From positions 1-46,136 of the IMG/VR virus record IMGVR_UViG_3300029595_000010: DNA of 46,136 nt; one strand, 5' to 3'. The stretch's first letter is position 1. Every line of letters begins with the position of its first letter. Source of the stretch: a virus. The position numbers and the translations under genes were made by a program. Of the stretch, positions 14,064 to 23,009 are shown one piece after another. The notes beneath the pieces are model-generated. The model saw only the letters and a list, made by a program, of their open reading frames with translations, made no database searches and was not told where the DNA came from.

Positions 14064-14397
14064 TGCTATGTCCGCATTGCGCCTCCAGCTGGTGCAGGAA
14101 TTTTTTCACGTCGCCGTTCCCGCCCAGCTTGACGTATTTCTGCCCGGCGATCAGGCGCTCTGCCATTGGCATTTCTTCCGACATGATGGTCAGCCGGAGG
14201 ATTGCCAGATACTGCTCGTCCTGATGCTCCTGCATTTTCCCGAGCTTTTTGTCGATCTCTGCAAGGTGCGCCTCCTGCGTTGTGGCCTTGCCGCGCTTTT
14301 TCTGAACCGCGCTGACGATGGCATTGACCACCGCCGTCAGCGCGGATGAGCCAAGAGCGGCGCAGGCGAGGGTGACGATGATGGTTTTGGTGTCCAT
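14053..14397 (-). CDS. Lysis-module membrane protein (114 aa, one N-terminal TM)
   Basis: IIVTLACAALGSSALTAVVNAIVSAV; position in the lysis cassette. Confidence 0.55.
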   Translation of the reverse strand: MDTKTIIVTLACAALGSSALTAVVNAIVSAVQKKRGKATTQEAHLAEIDKKLGKMQEHQDEQYLAILRLTIMSEEMPMAERLIAGQKYVKLGGNGDVKKFLHQLEAQCGHSNGV

Positions 14398-14428
14398 TTT
14401 TCTGTACCTTTCTCTTTTATTTGCCGGG

Positions 14429-14857
14429 CTAATCGTCCGCCATTTTGATGTAGGTGGTGGTATCGCTGGAATAGCTGATCGTCGGCAGCGTCGTGCCGCC
14501 GAGGGCTGCGTAGAGGGCCGGGTAGGCTATCTGGTCGAAGGTCGAGCCGTCGCAGGCGTGCCACGGGGCGGATAGGACGCGGACGGTCGTGAGGATATCG
14601 CCGACGTGATAATTCGGCTCCGACAGCTTCCCGAATGCCTCATTTACCATCGGGTTCGCCGGTGCGTCGCCCGCTCGCCAGATCTTTGCGGCGCTCTGTG
14701 CCGTCAGCAGGTTCCCGGCTGTGAGCGGCGTCCCGGCTTCCAGCGGCTCGTCCTCCGGGCGAAGCCATTCATAACGCAGCAGACTTCCCGCCGCGTCATA
14801 CGCCCCGTAGCGGACGGCCCCGTTTGCGAGATCGTTTGTGCCGATTCTATCCCGCAT
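14429..14857 (-). CDS. Short tail-fibre paralog with tail-collar motif (142 aa)
   Basis: Aligns over its whole length with the N-terminal ~130 aa of 14860..16353 (LANGA[IV]RYG.Y...GTPL...NLL...AAKIW...GD[IL]...CDG). Confidence 0.75.
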   Translation of the reverse strand: MRDRIGTNDLANGAVRYGAYDAAGSLLRYEWLRPEDEPLEAGTPLTAGNLLTAQSAAKIWRAGDAPANPMVNEAFGKLSEPNYHVGDILTTVRVLSAPWHACDGSTFDQIAYPALYAALGGTTLPTISYSSDTTTYIKMADD

Positions 14858-14859
14858 GG

Positions 14860-16353
14860 CTATTCCTCCAGCGCCTTGATGTAGGCATTGCTTCTTGTGT
14901 CCGTCCCGATGGTAGGGATTTCTTTTCCCGCCGCGCTATAATCGCAGTACGCCAGCCCATTCGATGATATGTATGCCGCCTCCCCGTCCGGCGATAGTGC
15001 AATACTGTCGACGCTGCTCCCCAGTACGTCTCCATATACCGGGCCGGATGCTGGAGCGCTGATCGCAATGATCTTTTCCGCTCGATCAGCACTTTCAGAT
15101 TCGCTTGCGGTTTCTGAAAGCACCAAAAGCCCGTTTTCGTATTTGCCGTTCGTATAGTTGTCGAGCGAGTAGCTATCGGTTTTGTAGGAAACTACCTTCC
15201 CGTTTTCCCACGTTGCACCGTAGTCCGCAGAATACCTGTATACCATATATCCGCTATACATCGTGGTTCCCGCACCAGAGAAAGCAGCGTTCACCAGTGC
15301 AAAAAAAGCAATTATATTTGCCCCACAATGGTAAGCTGACATCAGGGCGTGATAGGTGTACGTCGACGGCTGGTTGAAGGACGGAGTTAATTCTTCGATG
15401 TTTACGCTGCTGACTGCCTCCCAGGTCGGATTGATCAGGGTTTTTGCCTTTGAAGTCTCCAGTATGCCGCTGGTGCTACAGTTCAGCTTGTAAAAGCAGT
15501 CCTTTTCTTCGGCGTAAAATACAATTCCGCTGATAAAATCTGGGATGCTTACTATTTCCTTTGTTGTTTGGTTTACGTAGCTGGCACTTACTTCTCTTCC
15601 ATTGTAATTGTTATAGGATCCGTATTCGCCTCTTACTACGTAGATATACAGAACGTTTGGCGTAATAAACATCTTCAGTCCAGCGCTTCCAGGCAGGCTG
15701 CCGCTTGCATATAGCGTAAATGGCGCATCGAGACTATGCGTTGTGTACACTCCGTTTGCCTCTGTGGAGTCTCCGGAAAAAACAGCGTAATAAGTGCCGT
15801 TTGCATACTGCACATCCGATACCAACGAGAGTCCGGGCGGCATATCCGCCTGCTGCGTCCACGTCCCCAAATCGGGCGACGTCCAGAACTTTCTGTCGTG
15901 TAGGCCGACCCATTCCCCATTCAGATACCACATAAATCCAGGTTGAATATTCGATGACTTCAACGCCCACGGAAGCGGCGCGGCAGAGCTTCTGAGCACA
16001 GAAAACAGTTTTGGATACTTCTCCTGTGATACAGTGCGCCCGTCGCACGGCAGCCATGCGTCGGACAGGTCTGTGCGGGCGGTGATAGCGATGTCGCCGA
16101 CTTTGGCCGTACCCTCCGAAAGCTTGCCGAGCGCGTCATTCACGGTCGGGTCGTCCGGCTTCTTCGAGCCGGGCCAGATCTTCGCGGCGGTTGCATCGGA
16201 TAGCAGATTTGCCTTGTTGAGTGGCGTTCCCTCGACGGTGGGCGCGTCCTCGCGCTTGAGGTATTCGTAGTGGTTGAGCGTGCCGTCGGCGTTATAGACG
16301 CCGTAGCGGATCGCGCCGTTGGCTAAAACCTGTGTTGGCTGCCTATCTTTCAT
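14860..16353 (-). CDS. Tail fibre / receptor-binding protein: tail-collar N-terminus plus a C-terminal domain with a BNR/Asp-box
   Basis: ORF 14860..16377 trimmed to the ATGA-coupled ATG; GDIAITARTDLSDAWLPCDGRTVSQEKYPKLF; canonical Asp-box SADYGATW. Confidence 0.8.
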   Translation of the reverse strand: MKDRQPTQVLANGAIRYGVYNADGTLNHYEYLKREDAPTVEGTPLNKANLLSDATAAKIWPGSKKPDDPTVNDALGKLSEGTAKVGDIAITARTDLSDAWLPCDGRTVSQEKYPKLFSVLRSSAAPLPWALKSSNIQPGFMWYLNGEWVGLHDRKFWTSPDLGTWTQQADMPPGLSLVSDVQYANGTYYAVFSGDSTEANGVYTTHSLDAPFTLYASGSLPGSAGLKMFITPNVLYIYVVRGEYGSYNNYNGREVSASYVNQTTKEIVSIPDFISGIVFYAEEKDCFYKLNCSTSGILETSKAKTLINPTWEAVSSVNIEELTPSFNQPSTYTYHALMSAYHCGANIIAFFALVNAAFSGAGTTMYSGYMVYRYSADYGATWENGKVVSYKTDSYSLDNYTNGKYENGLLVLSETASESESADRAEKIIAISAPASGPVYGDVLGSSVDSIALSPDGEAAYISSNGLAYCDYSAAGKEIPTIGTDTRSNAYIKALEE

Positions 16354-16847
16354 GTGAGTAATCCTCCTGCGGCGCACTCCGCCGCGCCGGTGTGGCGAAA
16401 AGATTTTGCAACGTTGACGATTAAGTCCTCGCAGAGCACCAGAATGCGCTCGATATCATTTGCGCCGGTGTAGGTCAGGCGCGCCAGCTGCGGCGCGTCC
16501 GGCGTCCCGGCAGGATACGCAAGCGCGTCGCGAATGTCTTGTATCTGCCGCCGGTATTCCGCCGCCTGTGAGGCCGTTTGGATGTCCGTGACGGCCCAAT
16601 CGGTTTTCGCCGTCCATGCAATGCTCCTGCCGCAAATCGAGCTGAGGCGGACCGCCAGATAGTTCAGGGCCGTTCCCACGCGATTGAGATCAGCGGCGTT
16701 GTACGCGCCCTTCATCCCGGCCAGCCATTCCGCCTGCTCGGCTGCCGTCATGGCCGCGAACCCCTTCGCCGCCAGCTCCCGCACCCGCTCCACATCCGCC
16801 TGCGTGCGGTCGGTGACGAGCGTAACGATGATAGTCGTGGTGTCCAT
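16350..16847 (-). CDS. Tail-fibre-module protein (165 aa)
   Basis: TDRTQADVERV...KGAYNAADLNRVG motif, common next to fibre genes (from memory). Confidence 0.65.
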   Translation of the reverse strand: MDTTTIIVTLVTDRTQADVERVRELAAKGFAAMTAAEQAEWLAGMKGAYNAADLNRVGTALNYLAVRLSSICGRSIAWTAKTDWAVTDIQTASQAAEYRRQIQDIRDALAYPAGTPDAPQLARLTYTGANDIERILVLCEDLIVNVAKSFRHTGAAECAAGGLLT

Positions 16848-16849
16848 GG

Positions 16850-17269
16850 CTATGTACCTTCTTCCGTGATCTTCTTCCACCCGTCCGGGTTAACGGATGG
16901 GTTCCAGACGTTGGCGGCGAGCAGGGATTCGTAGAGCTCGTCCTGCCACCAGCCTTTTTCGCCTTTGGAGAAGGCAAGGCCGACGGTGATGGTCTCGGGG
17001 ATAAGGCGGAAGCCCTGCTTGTAGGCGATGTCTTCCCAGAGGGCCGGGGCGGCGTCCGGGGTGTTCTGGGCCGTGTCCCAGAGGTCGGAGGCGGCGCGCT
17101 TGATGGTGCCGCCCCAGTTGATGCGCGTGCCGGCTTTGACGAGGCTGCCGGAGCCGGTCAGGCGGGTGAAAAGCTCCGGCGCGAGACTCGCGTCGGCGTC
17201 GGTGAGACTGGCTGCGCTTTTGACGATATAGGGGCGCAGCGCCCGCGCCCGCTCGGTGTAGGTGCTCAT
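16850..17269 (-). CDS. Hypothetical tail-module protein (139 aa)
   Basis: ORF track trimmed to MSTYTERARAL. Confidence 0.6.
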   Translation of the reverse strand: MSTYTERARALRPYIVKSAASLTDADASLAPELFTRLTGSGSLVKAGTRINWGGTIKRAASDLWDTAQNTPDAAPALWEDIAYKQGFRLIPETITVGLAFSKGEKGWWQDELYESLLAANVWNPSVNPDGWKKITEEGT

Positions 17270-17270
17270 G

Positions 17271-17582
17271 TTATTCCGCCTCCCCGAGCAGGATCTTCGC
17301 GGCGGTCTCTGCATCCGTCAGCGGCAATGCTGCACCCATTTCCTCATAGCTGCCTTCTGGCTCAGTACCTTTCAGCGTATGGTCTGTGAGATGAAACACC
17401 ATGTCAGAAAGCACCTGATGTTCAGTTCCTTCTTCATCCGTAATAGTCACAGCCATCTTCGCGCAAAATCCTTCTGCCTGATCTTCCTTGCACGAGACAT
17501 AACAACCGTTGCCGTGCAGTCGGATGGGCACAATACTGTCCGCATAACCTGCAAATGCGCCGTCTTGTTTTACTGCATACAT
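17271..17582 (-). CDS. Hypothetical protein (103 aa)
   Basis: ORF track trimmed to MYAVKQDGAF. Confidence 0.55.
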   Translation of the reverse strand: MYAVKQDGAFAGYADSIVPIRLHGNGCYVSCKEDQAEGFCAKMAVTITDEEGTEHQVLSDMVFHLTDHTLKGTEPEGSYEEMGAALPLTDAETAAKILLGEAE

Positions 17583-17941
17583 GGTATCCCTCCAAATTTC
17601 TCTTGATAGATTTTCTCTAATCGCTCTGTGTTTGCTGTTCTCAACCGATTTTTCCAGTAGCCGTTTTCCTGCCCCGGCCATTTGTCATCCGTAAAATCTT
17701 CACCGCAGCCGTTTTTTCTGTACCATCGGTACAGATCGTTCAGCATTTTCTGCCGCTCGGCACCTTCCTGCGTGTTCGGCCTGAAATGCTCCCACCCGTT
17801 TTCGGACGTCGCAGCGCATATCCGCCTGCCGTCTGCTGCAAACAGGAACCCTTCGAGCTCCGATACCACAGTTCCGTATCGGAGATTAAATTCTCCATCG
17901 ATGCCATGCCCACGGAACCGCTTGTACACGATATACTCCAT
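17570..17941 (-). CDS. Hypothetical protein (123 aa)
   Basis: ORF track trimmed to MEYIVYKRF after GAGGAA. Confidence 0.55.
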   Translation of the reverse strand: MEYIVYKRFRGHGIDGEFNLRYGTVVSELEGFLFAADGRRICAATSENGWEHFRPNTQEGAERQKMLNDLYRWYRKNGCGEDFTDDKWPGQENGYWKNRLRTANTERLEKIYQEKFGGIPCMQ

Positions 17942-17952
17942 GTGTTTGTTCC

Positions 17953-19089
17953 TCATACGCAAAAGCCGGGCGCGAAGCCGAAGGAAGCGCGCGCGGTGCG
18001 GTCTTCGGCTGTCCCATTGGTGTTCACATTCTCGAAACCGTCGGAGCTGCTCGCAAGCGGAGAACGGAGCCACCAACGAGCGGCGGCACTCGTTCCGTTG
18101 TGCTTGTACTTTACCTTGCTGTTTCCAGCGGAATAATAGGCGTACTGCGCTTGCTTACTCGCCTCGTTCGAGTTTGCTCTCGAAATGCTCCCGAAAACCT
18201 CAAACTCCGAGAGGAGGAAAAAGTAATCCTTTGTCGCCGTGACCGCACTCGCGGATGTGCTATTATTTCCCGTATTGTCCGTGTACTTGGTAACGGACTT
18301 TAGGACTGCACGGAGCGCCGCCGGAATGACTTCGATAATCGTTCCGGAATAGCTCGAGAGGCTTGTCCCGCAAATATTTGTACGCATTTGCGAGCTCGCC
18401 CATCCGCCGGAGTTCGTTGCACTACTGTTCATAGAGAAATAGCCGGTTGTCGAAACGGGCGAGGTATAGTAACTATCGCAGAAACACACGTCCGTACCGC
18501 CGGAGAGCGCGGTCTTTGCAAGTTGGAAATGGATACGGTTTTCCCCTTCTAGGCTCGCGTTATGGTTAAATCCAATAATGAACGCATATGTTGTGTAATT
18601 AGATAGTGTAAAATGTCCAACCGTGCCGTTTAGCGTTACAGCCTTTCGGTCACCGACGCTCCAATAGTTCGCGCCCTGTCCCGCGTCGGATATATTTTTT
18701 ATTGTTTCCCAAGTATTTTTATTCAGTGTCGGATATACAAAATTAAGCGACACCGCGTAGCTGTCCGTGATAGATACGGATTTTGTGTCAGATGTTTTCC
18801 CGTCCAGCGTCGCGGATACGCTCCATGTTCCGGCTTCCGGCACGATAAGCGTACAGACTCCGGTGCTGTCAGATGTTCCGCTGATCGTTTTGGAGCCGTG
18901 TGTCGCTGTGACTATCGCACCCGCGGATACCGTTACGACCAGTTGCGGAACGATCCCGGTTTGAATTGCACGAACCGCGCTTGCAAAACCATCTGGGTAA
19001 GTCAGCGGGTCGGATGTTCCGCCTTTTTCTCTGATGGCATCGGCAACTGACGTGAGTTCTATATCGTTCGTTAAATATTCAGTTGCCAT
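17953..19089 (-). CDS. Tail fibre / receptor-binding protein with a DUF6273-like C-terminal domain (378 aa)
   Basis: N-terminal LTSVADAIREKGGTS; C-terminal ...AAARWWLRSP... (WWLRSP recalled as a DUF6273 hallmark). Confidence 0.7.
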   Translation of the reverse strand: MATEYLTNDIELTSVADAIREKGGTSDPLTYPDGFASAVRAIQTGIVPQLVVTVSAGAIVTATHGSKTISGTSDSTGVCTLIVPEAGTWSVSATLDGKTSDTKSVSITDSYAVSLNFVYPTLNKNTWETIKNISDAGQGANYWSVGDRKAVTLNGTVGHFTLSNYTTYAFIIGFNHNASLEGENRIHFQLAKTALSGGTDVCFCDSYYTSPVSTTGYFSMNSSATNSGGWASSQMRTNICGTSLSSYSGTIIEVIPAALRAVLKSVTKYTDNTGNNSTSASAVTATKDYFFLLSEFEVFGSISRANSNEASKQAQYAYYSAGNSKVKYKHNGTSAAARWWLRSPLASSSDGFENVNTNGTAEDRTARASFGFAPGFCV

Positions 19090-19451
19090 CAGAAGCTCCC
19101 TCCATTCGCGTTTGCGATCTCTACCGCCGCCCACGCACCGGAAACAACCCGCAGAAATTTTCCATTATCAGCGGCGGTGACAGACGGCACTTCGCGAACC
19201 TTGACAGCTCCTGTTTTCCCGTTCACGCTCGTCACGGGCGCTTCCGTTAGATAATCCGTGCCAGCCGCGGCCACCTCCCACGCCGTCGGCTTCCCTCTGG
19301 CGTCCACCGCCTTGACCTTGATCAGGTCCCCGACGGCCGCACCGGAGGCGAGGATCACATCTTGCTTTCCGTTCCACGCGTCTTTGTTGCTGCGCACGTC
19401 GGCGATAGCCTCGTCGATCTGCGCGCCGGTAAACTGGCTGTTGTAAGCCAT
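19089..19451 (-). CDS. Tail-fibre-like protein (120 aa)
   Basis: FTGAQIDEAIADV N-terminus, typical of fibre proteins. Confidence 0.6.
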   Translation of the reverse strand: MAYNSQFTGAQIDEAIADVRSNKDAWNGKQDVILASGAAVGDLIKVKAVDARGKPTAWEVAAAGTDYLTEAPVTSVNGKTGAVKVREVPSVTAADNGKFLRVVSGAWAAVEIANANGGSF

Positions 19452-19455
19452 ACGA

Positions 19456-19833
19456 TCACTCCTTCATACACAGAAAATCCTCGCCGTCCGCGGTCTTCAG
19501 CGCCTGCGACTCTCCCAGCGGGATAAAGCCGTAGTTGTCGTTCCAGCTGCCGTCCGCGCTTTGCGCGAACAGCGAAATGCGGTATTCCCCATCACCGGAA
19601 AGCAGAAAATCGTCGTATACCTCAAAGGTGCGCTGCGTGCCCGCCGGGGTCTGGGAGAAGGACGCGATCAAAGCGCCCTTCCCGCGGCCCCAATCCTCGC
19701 CGGACTTCGTCGCGCGGCACTCAAAAGCCGTATAGGCGATGTCCGACGAGAAGGAAACGGTGATCGAGTTGAACCCCGAGACCGCCGAGATCTTGTTGCC
19801 CGTGATGGAGAATGTCAGCTCCGGCGCGGCCAT
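19456..19833 (-). CDS. Ig-like tail/baseplate accessory protein (125 aa)
   Basis: TAATG coupling; beta-rich; tail of listed ORF 19456..20304. Confidence 0.6.
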   Translation of the reverse strand: MAAPELTFSITGNKISAVSGFNSITVSFSSDIAYTAFECRATKSGEDWGRGKGALIASFSQTPAGTQRTFEVYDDFLLSGDGEYRISLFAQSADGSWNDNYGFIPLGESQALKTADGEDFLCMKE

Positions 19834-20495
19834 TACGCGGCGCTCCACGTCCCGGCGGCGTTTTTGACGAAGACCTTCACGATCTTCACGCCGTCGCCGG
19901 AAGACGCCGATTCGAGGTCTGCGCCCTTGACGGTGACGTTGATAGCGGTGTTCTTCTTGTAGCCGCCTGCCGTGCCGCTGACGTTCGTGGAGCCGCCCGT
20001 CGCCGGGATCTGCGTGCCCGCCGTGTGCAGGCTGCTCGTCGCCGGAACGACGCGGACGGTGTATTCCTCGAAGTCTACGTCGCAGACGAAGGAGAAGGCC
20101 GCCGCGTCGTAGCCCGTGACCTTGGAGATGCGGCTCTTGTCGGGGCCGGTGATGGTCACGGCGGGGATCGAGGTGTTGAGCGTGATGGAGTCGCTGGCCG
20201 CAGTCGATTCGTTGCCGACGTCGTCGCGCACCTTTACATAGATCGTCTTCAGGCCGTCGCCGTCCGGGAGCGTAATGGATTTTGTTGCGGCGAACGTCTC
20301 CCACGACGCATCTGCTTCCTTTGCCGCCGCCTTTGTGCCCCAGATCTTCATCTGGTAGCCGGTCGTCGCGGCGTCGGTGACTGAGATCTTCGCGGTGACG
20401 GTCGCGCTGGTCGCGTACTGCGCGCCGTCGTTCAGGATCAGCGATAGGCCGGCAGGTGCCAGCGTATCAAGTGTCAGATTGAAAAAACTTGCCAT
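19833..20495 (-). CDS. Ig-like-repeat tail/baseplate protein (220 aa)
   Basis: ORF track; GAAAGGGG RBS. Confidence 0.7.
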   Translation of the reverse strand: MASFFNLTLDTLAPAGLSLILNDGAQYATSATVTAKISVTDAATTGYQMKIWGTKAAAKEADASWETFAATKSITLPDGDGLKTIYVKVRDDVGNESTAASDSITLNTSIPAVTITGPDKSRISKVTGYDAAAFSFVCDVDFEEYTVRVVPATSSLHTAGTQIPATGGSTNVSGTAGGYKKNTAINVTVKGADLESASSGDGVKIVKVFVKNAAGTWSAA

Positions 20496-20501
20496 CTGGA
20501 T

Positions 20502-20645
20502 TTATCCCCTTTCTTCGCTTGTGAGTTCGATGTACAAAAAGCCGCCAGGCCTTTCGTAGATGGTTTCTGTGCCCAAGCGGGCGGATTTGATGCCCATGGA
20601 GCCGATGAACAGCTCCAGAATGCGTTTGATTCCAACTGCCAGCAT
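20502..20645 (-). CDS. Small hypothetical protein (47 aa)
   Basis: GGAGGG RBS; trimmed from ORF 20502..20699. Confidence 0.4.
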   Translation of the reverse strand: MLAVGIKRILELFIGSMGIKSARLGTETIYERPGGFLYIELTSEERG

Positions 20646-20646
20646 G

Positions 20647-20844
20647 TTATCCCTCCAACAGATACAGTGTCCGCGCGTCCTTTTTGTCCAGCGCGTCATA
20701 GTCCGATTTTTTCAGCACGCGGATCTCATCGATCTGCGCCGATGCAATGCCTCCGCCGCCAGAGCCGCCGCCAGCACGCACGGAAACGTTAAAGGAAACG
20801 TCGACCGGATCGCGGTTCTTGAGTTCAAATTCAATGCCGCCCAT
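20647..20844 (-). CDS. Small hypothetical protein (65 aa) with a Gly-rich linker
   Basis: Start overlaps the upstream stop. Confidence 0.5.
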   Translation of the reverse strand: MGGIEFELKNRDPVDVSFNVSVRAGGGSGGGGIASAQIDEIRVLKKSDYDALDKKDARTLYLLEG

Positions 20845-21140
20845 CACAACACCGCCTTTGAAAGCGCGTGCGCAACGTCGATCTGCTTGATCTCCGAGCC
20901 AATCACGTCACCGCTCTTGAATTTCACGCGCACCTGCATCTGGCAGAGCTTCGGGAGCCGAAAGGTCTCCTGCTGGGTGAGGGGAAACAGAAACTTTCCG
21001 TCCTCGTATCCGATCTCTCCCGGATAGCTCTTTTGCAGATAAAGCAGAGAAATTTCCACCTTTTCAACGCTTGCAACGTCCAGAGGCTGCCCTTTATTCT
21101 TGATGGTAACACTAAGGTTATACGAATCTCCCTGTACCAA
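20844..21140 (-). CDS. Small tail-module protein (98 aa, TTG start)
   Basis: GGAGG 7 nt before the TTG; the rest of listed ORF 20844..21359 overlaps the upstream gene. Confidence 0.5.
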   Translation of the reverse strand: MVQGDSYNLSVTIKNKGQPLDVASVEKVEISLLYLQKSYPGEIGYEDGKFLFPLTQQETFRLPKLCQMQVRVKFKSGDVIGSEIKQIDVAHALSKAVL

Positions 21141-21156
21141 ATGCCGCACCTCCGTT

Positions 21157-22620
21157 CTATGTGCCGATAATCTTGCATTCTGCCGCCGCGATTCCGCTGA
21201 GGCGAATGTCCATACTGGTGATCGTTCCGGTGATCTTCGTGCCCCACGGCGTTGTGGTCTGCACGTAATCGCCCGGGGCTTCCTTGTCCACGATAATTTT
21301 GACACTGTGCGTCTGACGGCGCATATAGTAGTCAAAGACGTGCTGCGCGACGGCGGCAACGTTGTCGCTGTTGATCAGCGTAGCGTCGCGCACCTCGATG
21401 ACGTTCGGCTTGGTCTGCGTGGTGGCGTTCGGATTGGTCTTGGACGTGACCGACGTCGTGTGATAGTAGGTCGTACCGCCGACCTCCACGCTCTCTCCGC
21501 TTCCGGACGTCGAATAGTTGTGTGCCGTCACGCGGATCTCCGTGACCGCTGCCGCCGCTTCAACGCTGCCGCCCGTGTATGTCCGGTCAAGTGGGATCGT
21601 GGCAGGAGAGGCCGCTGTGAGCCTCCGGACGCGCACGCCGCGCGACGCGCTTGTGTCAATGGTCGCGCGAAGCGCAAAAACGATCTGTTGCAGCGCTTCT
21701 CGTTTCGTGCAGTCCGGGATATAGCCGGTTACGGTCTCGTCTTTCAGCGCAGTGTCGAAGTCCAGCGTGAAGTGCGCGCCGAGAATCGAGGCTATCAGCT
21801 CCTTCGCGTTTTTCTCGGTGTAGATCGCCGCCGCAAAGGGTTCATCGTCCAGAATGCCAAGCGCGTCCTGACAGGATACATCATAGAGCCGGGCGCTCGA
21901 CCGGGACGAGCTCTTGATGTAGAACACGCCGATCAGCTTTGCGCCGTCGTATGCGCTGACGGGCTGCTTCTCTTGGAAGATGAAATCGATATCGTCCGAA
22001 TTGTCGAGCGTAAAATCCAGCGTGTTAATCTCTACGTCGTCGGAAATCACGCTGACACCCTCGGTGACGGTGACGCTGCGCAGGTCTTCCCGCTCAAACT
22101 CCCGGACGATGCCGAAGAAGATCTGTCTGAGTTTTGCGTACCGGTACGGCAGGCTCGTCTTTTTCAGCTCGATCACGAGTTTGTTGTATCCGGAGACAGG
22201 CTTTGCGCAGAAATACTTCTGGCCGTCCGGCGTGAAGTCCTGCGACGCGACGGTTGTCTCGCCGTTGTACCACGTCATGGTCAGGGCGCTGCAATAATCG
22301 CCGATACCGCCGTCAAAATAGAGGTAAATCCCGGAGCTTGCGAACGTGCCGTCCAGCGTGATAGTCAGCGTCGGGTTCGCGTCAAAGGTACAGTCCGCTT
22401 TGCTCGGCGCGGAAGACCAGAACGCCGCCCGCTCGGTCGTGAGGATCGGACGGGAGCCGTCCAGCACCCACTGGTTCAGCTCGTTTGTTGCGACGATCAC
22501 CGGCTCTGTGCCATACGGCAGTTCCGGAAGGTCGGAGAAGGGCTTCGCAGCGGTGCTCGCCACGCTGGCCGCCTCCGCCGCGCCTACCGCAACGTCCTCA
22601 TAAATCACTCGAACGCTCAT
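21157..22620 (-). CDS. Tail-tip/baseplate hub (Tal-like) protein (487 aa)
   Basis: Size and position two genes after the tape measure. Confidence 0.7.
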   Translation of the reverse strand: MSVRVIYEDVAVGAAEAASVASTAAKPFSDLPELPYGTEPVIVATNELNQWVLDGSRPILTTERAAFWSSAPSKADCTFDANPTLTITLDGTFASSGIYLYFDGGIGDYCSALTMTWYNGETTVASQDFTPDGQKYFCAKPVSGYNKLVIELKKTSLPYRYAKLRQIFFGIVREFEREDLRSVTVTEGVSVISDDVEINTLDFTLDNSDDIDFIFQEKQPVSAYDGAKLIGVFYIKSSSRSSARLYDVSCQDALGILDDEPFAAAIYTEKNAKELIASILGAHFTLDFDTALKDETVTGYIPDCTKREALQQIVFALRATIDTSASRGVRVRRLTAASPATIPLDRTYTGGSVEAAAAVTEIRVTAHNYSTSGSGESVEVGGTTYYHTTSVTSKTNPNATTQTKPNVIEVRDATLINSDNVAAVAQHVFDYYMRRQTHSVKIIVDKEAPGDYVQTTTPWGTKITGTITSMDIRLSGIAAAECKIIGT

Positions 22621-23009
22621 ACCGGAACCCTCTTCGGTTTCATTGCAACAAAGTTAATCGATAAGTTCTGCCATTCGCTCCTATCGCCGTATCTTGATAC
22701 AAGTTCATCTTCTCCGTTTGCCACATAGGCATCAAACGTCAAAACAGATTGCGCATACGGGACAGTCAGAACGTGGCTATCGACCGGCGCGGAAATGTTC
22801 TCGTAAAACGCATCATATTCTGCAAGATCAGACGAAACAGGATCGATCTCCAAACTGTAATTGTAAAATGTACCGATAATGTCGCGCGTCATCGCGCCGG
22901 TCATCACGCGTCCCGCGTTATCGCCGTCGAGGACGGAAAACGAACGCTTTAGGCTCACAACATGCAGATTCGGATACTCCTTGCCGTCAAGGCTCAAAAT
23001 GCTTGTCAT
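22617..23009 (-). CDS. Distal-tail-protein-position gene (130 aa)
   Basis: ATGA-coupled directly after the tape measure. Confidence 0.6.
   Translation of the reverse strand: MTSILSLDGKEYPNLHVVSLKRSFSVLDGDNAGRVMTGAMTRDIIGTFYNYSLEIDPVSSDLAEYDAFYENISAPVDSHVLTVPYAQSVLTFDAYVANGEDELVSRYGDRSEWQNLSINFVAMKPKRVPV

Noticed and set aside
19456-20304. 282-aa ORF as a single gene
   Set aside because: Its N-terminal two-thirds is an alternative frame of gene 19833..20495 (R/G/H-rich). Only the last 125 aa, which start by TAATG coupling, look genuine.
21100-22728. Long plus-strand ORFs (542 aa here; also 28530..30341, 33387..34547, 43733..44707, 12056..12862, 23925..25391)
   Set aside because: These are antisense shadows of well-supported minus-strand structural or recombination genes in about 60% GC DNA. 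They are R/A/G-rich, lack RBSs and contain no recognisable motifs.
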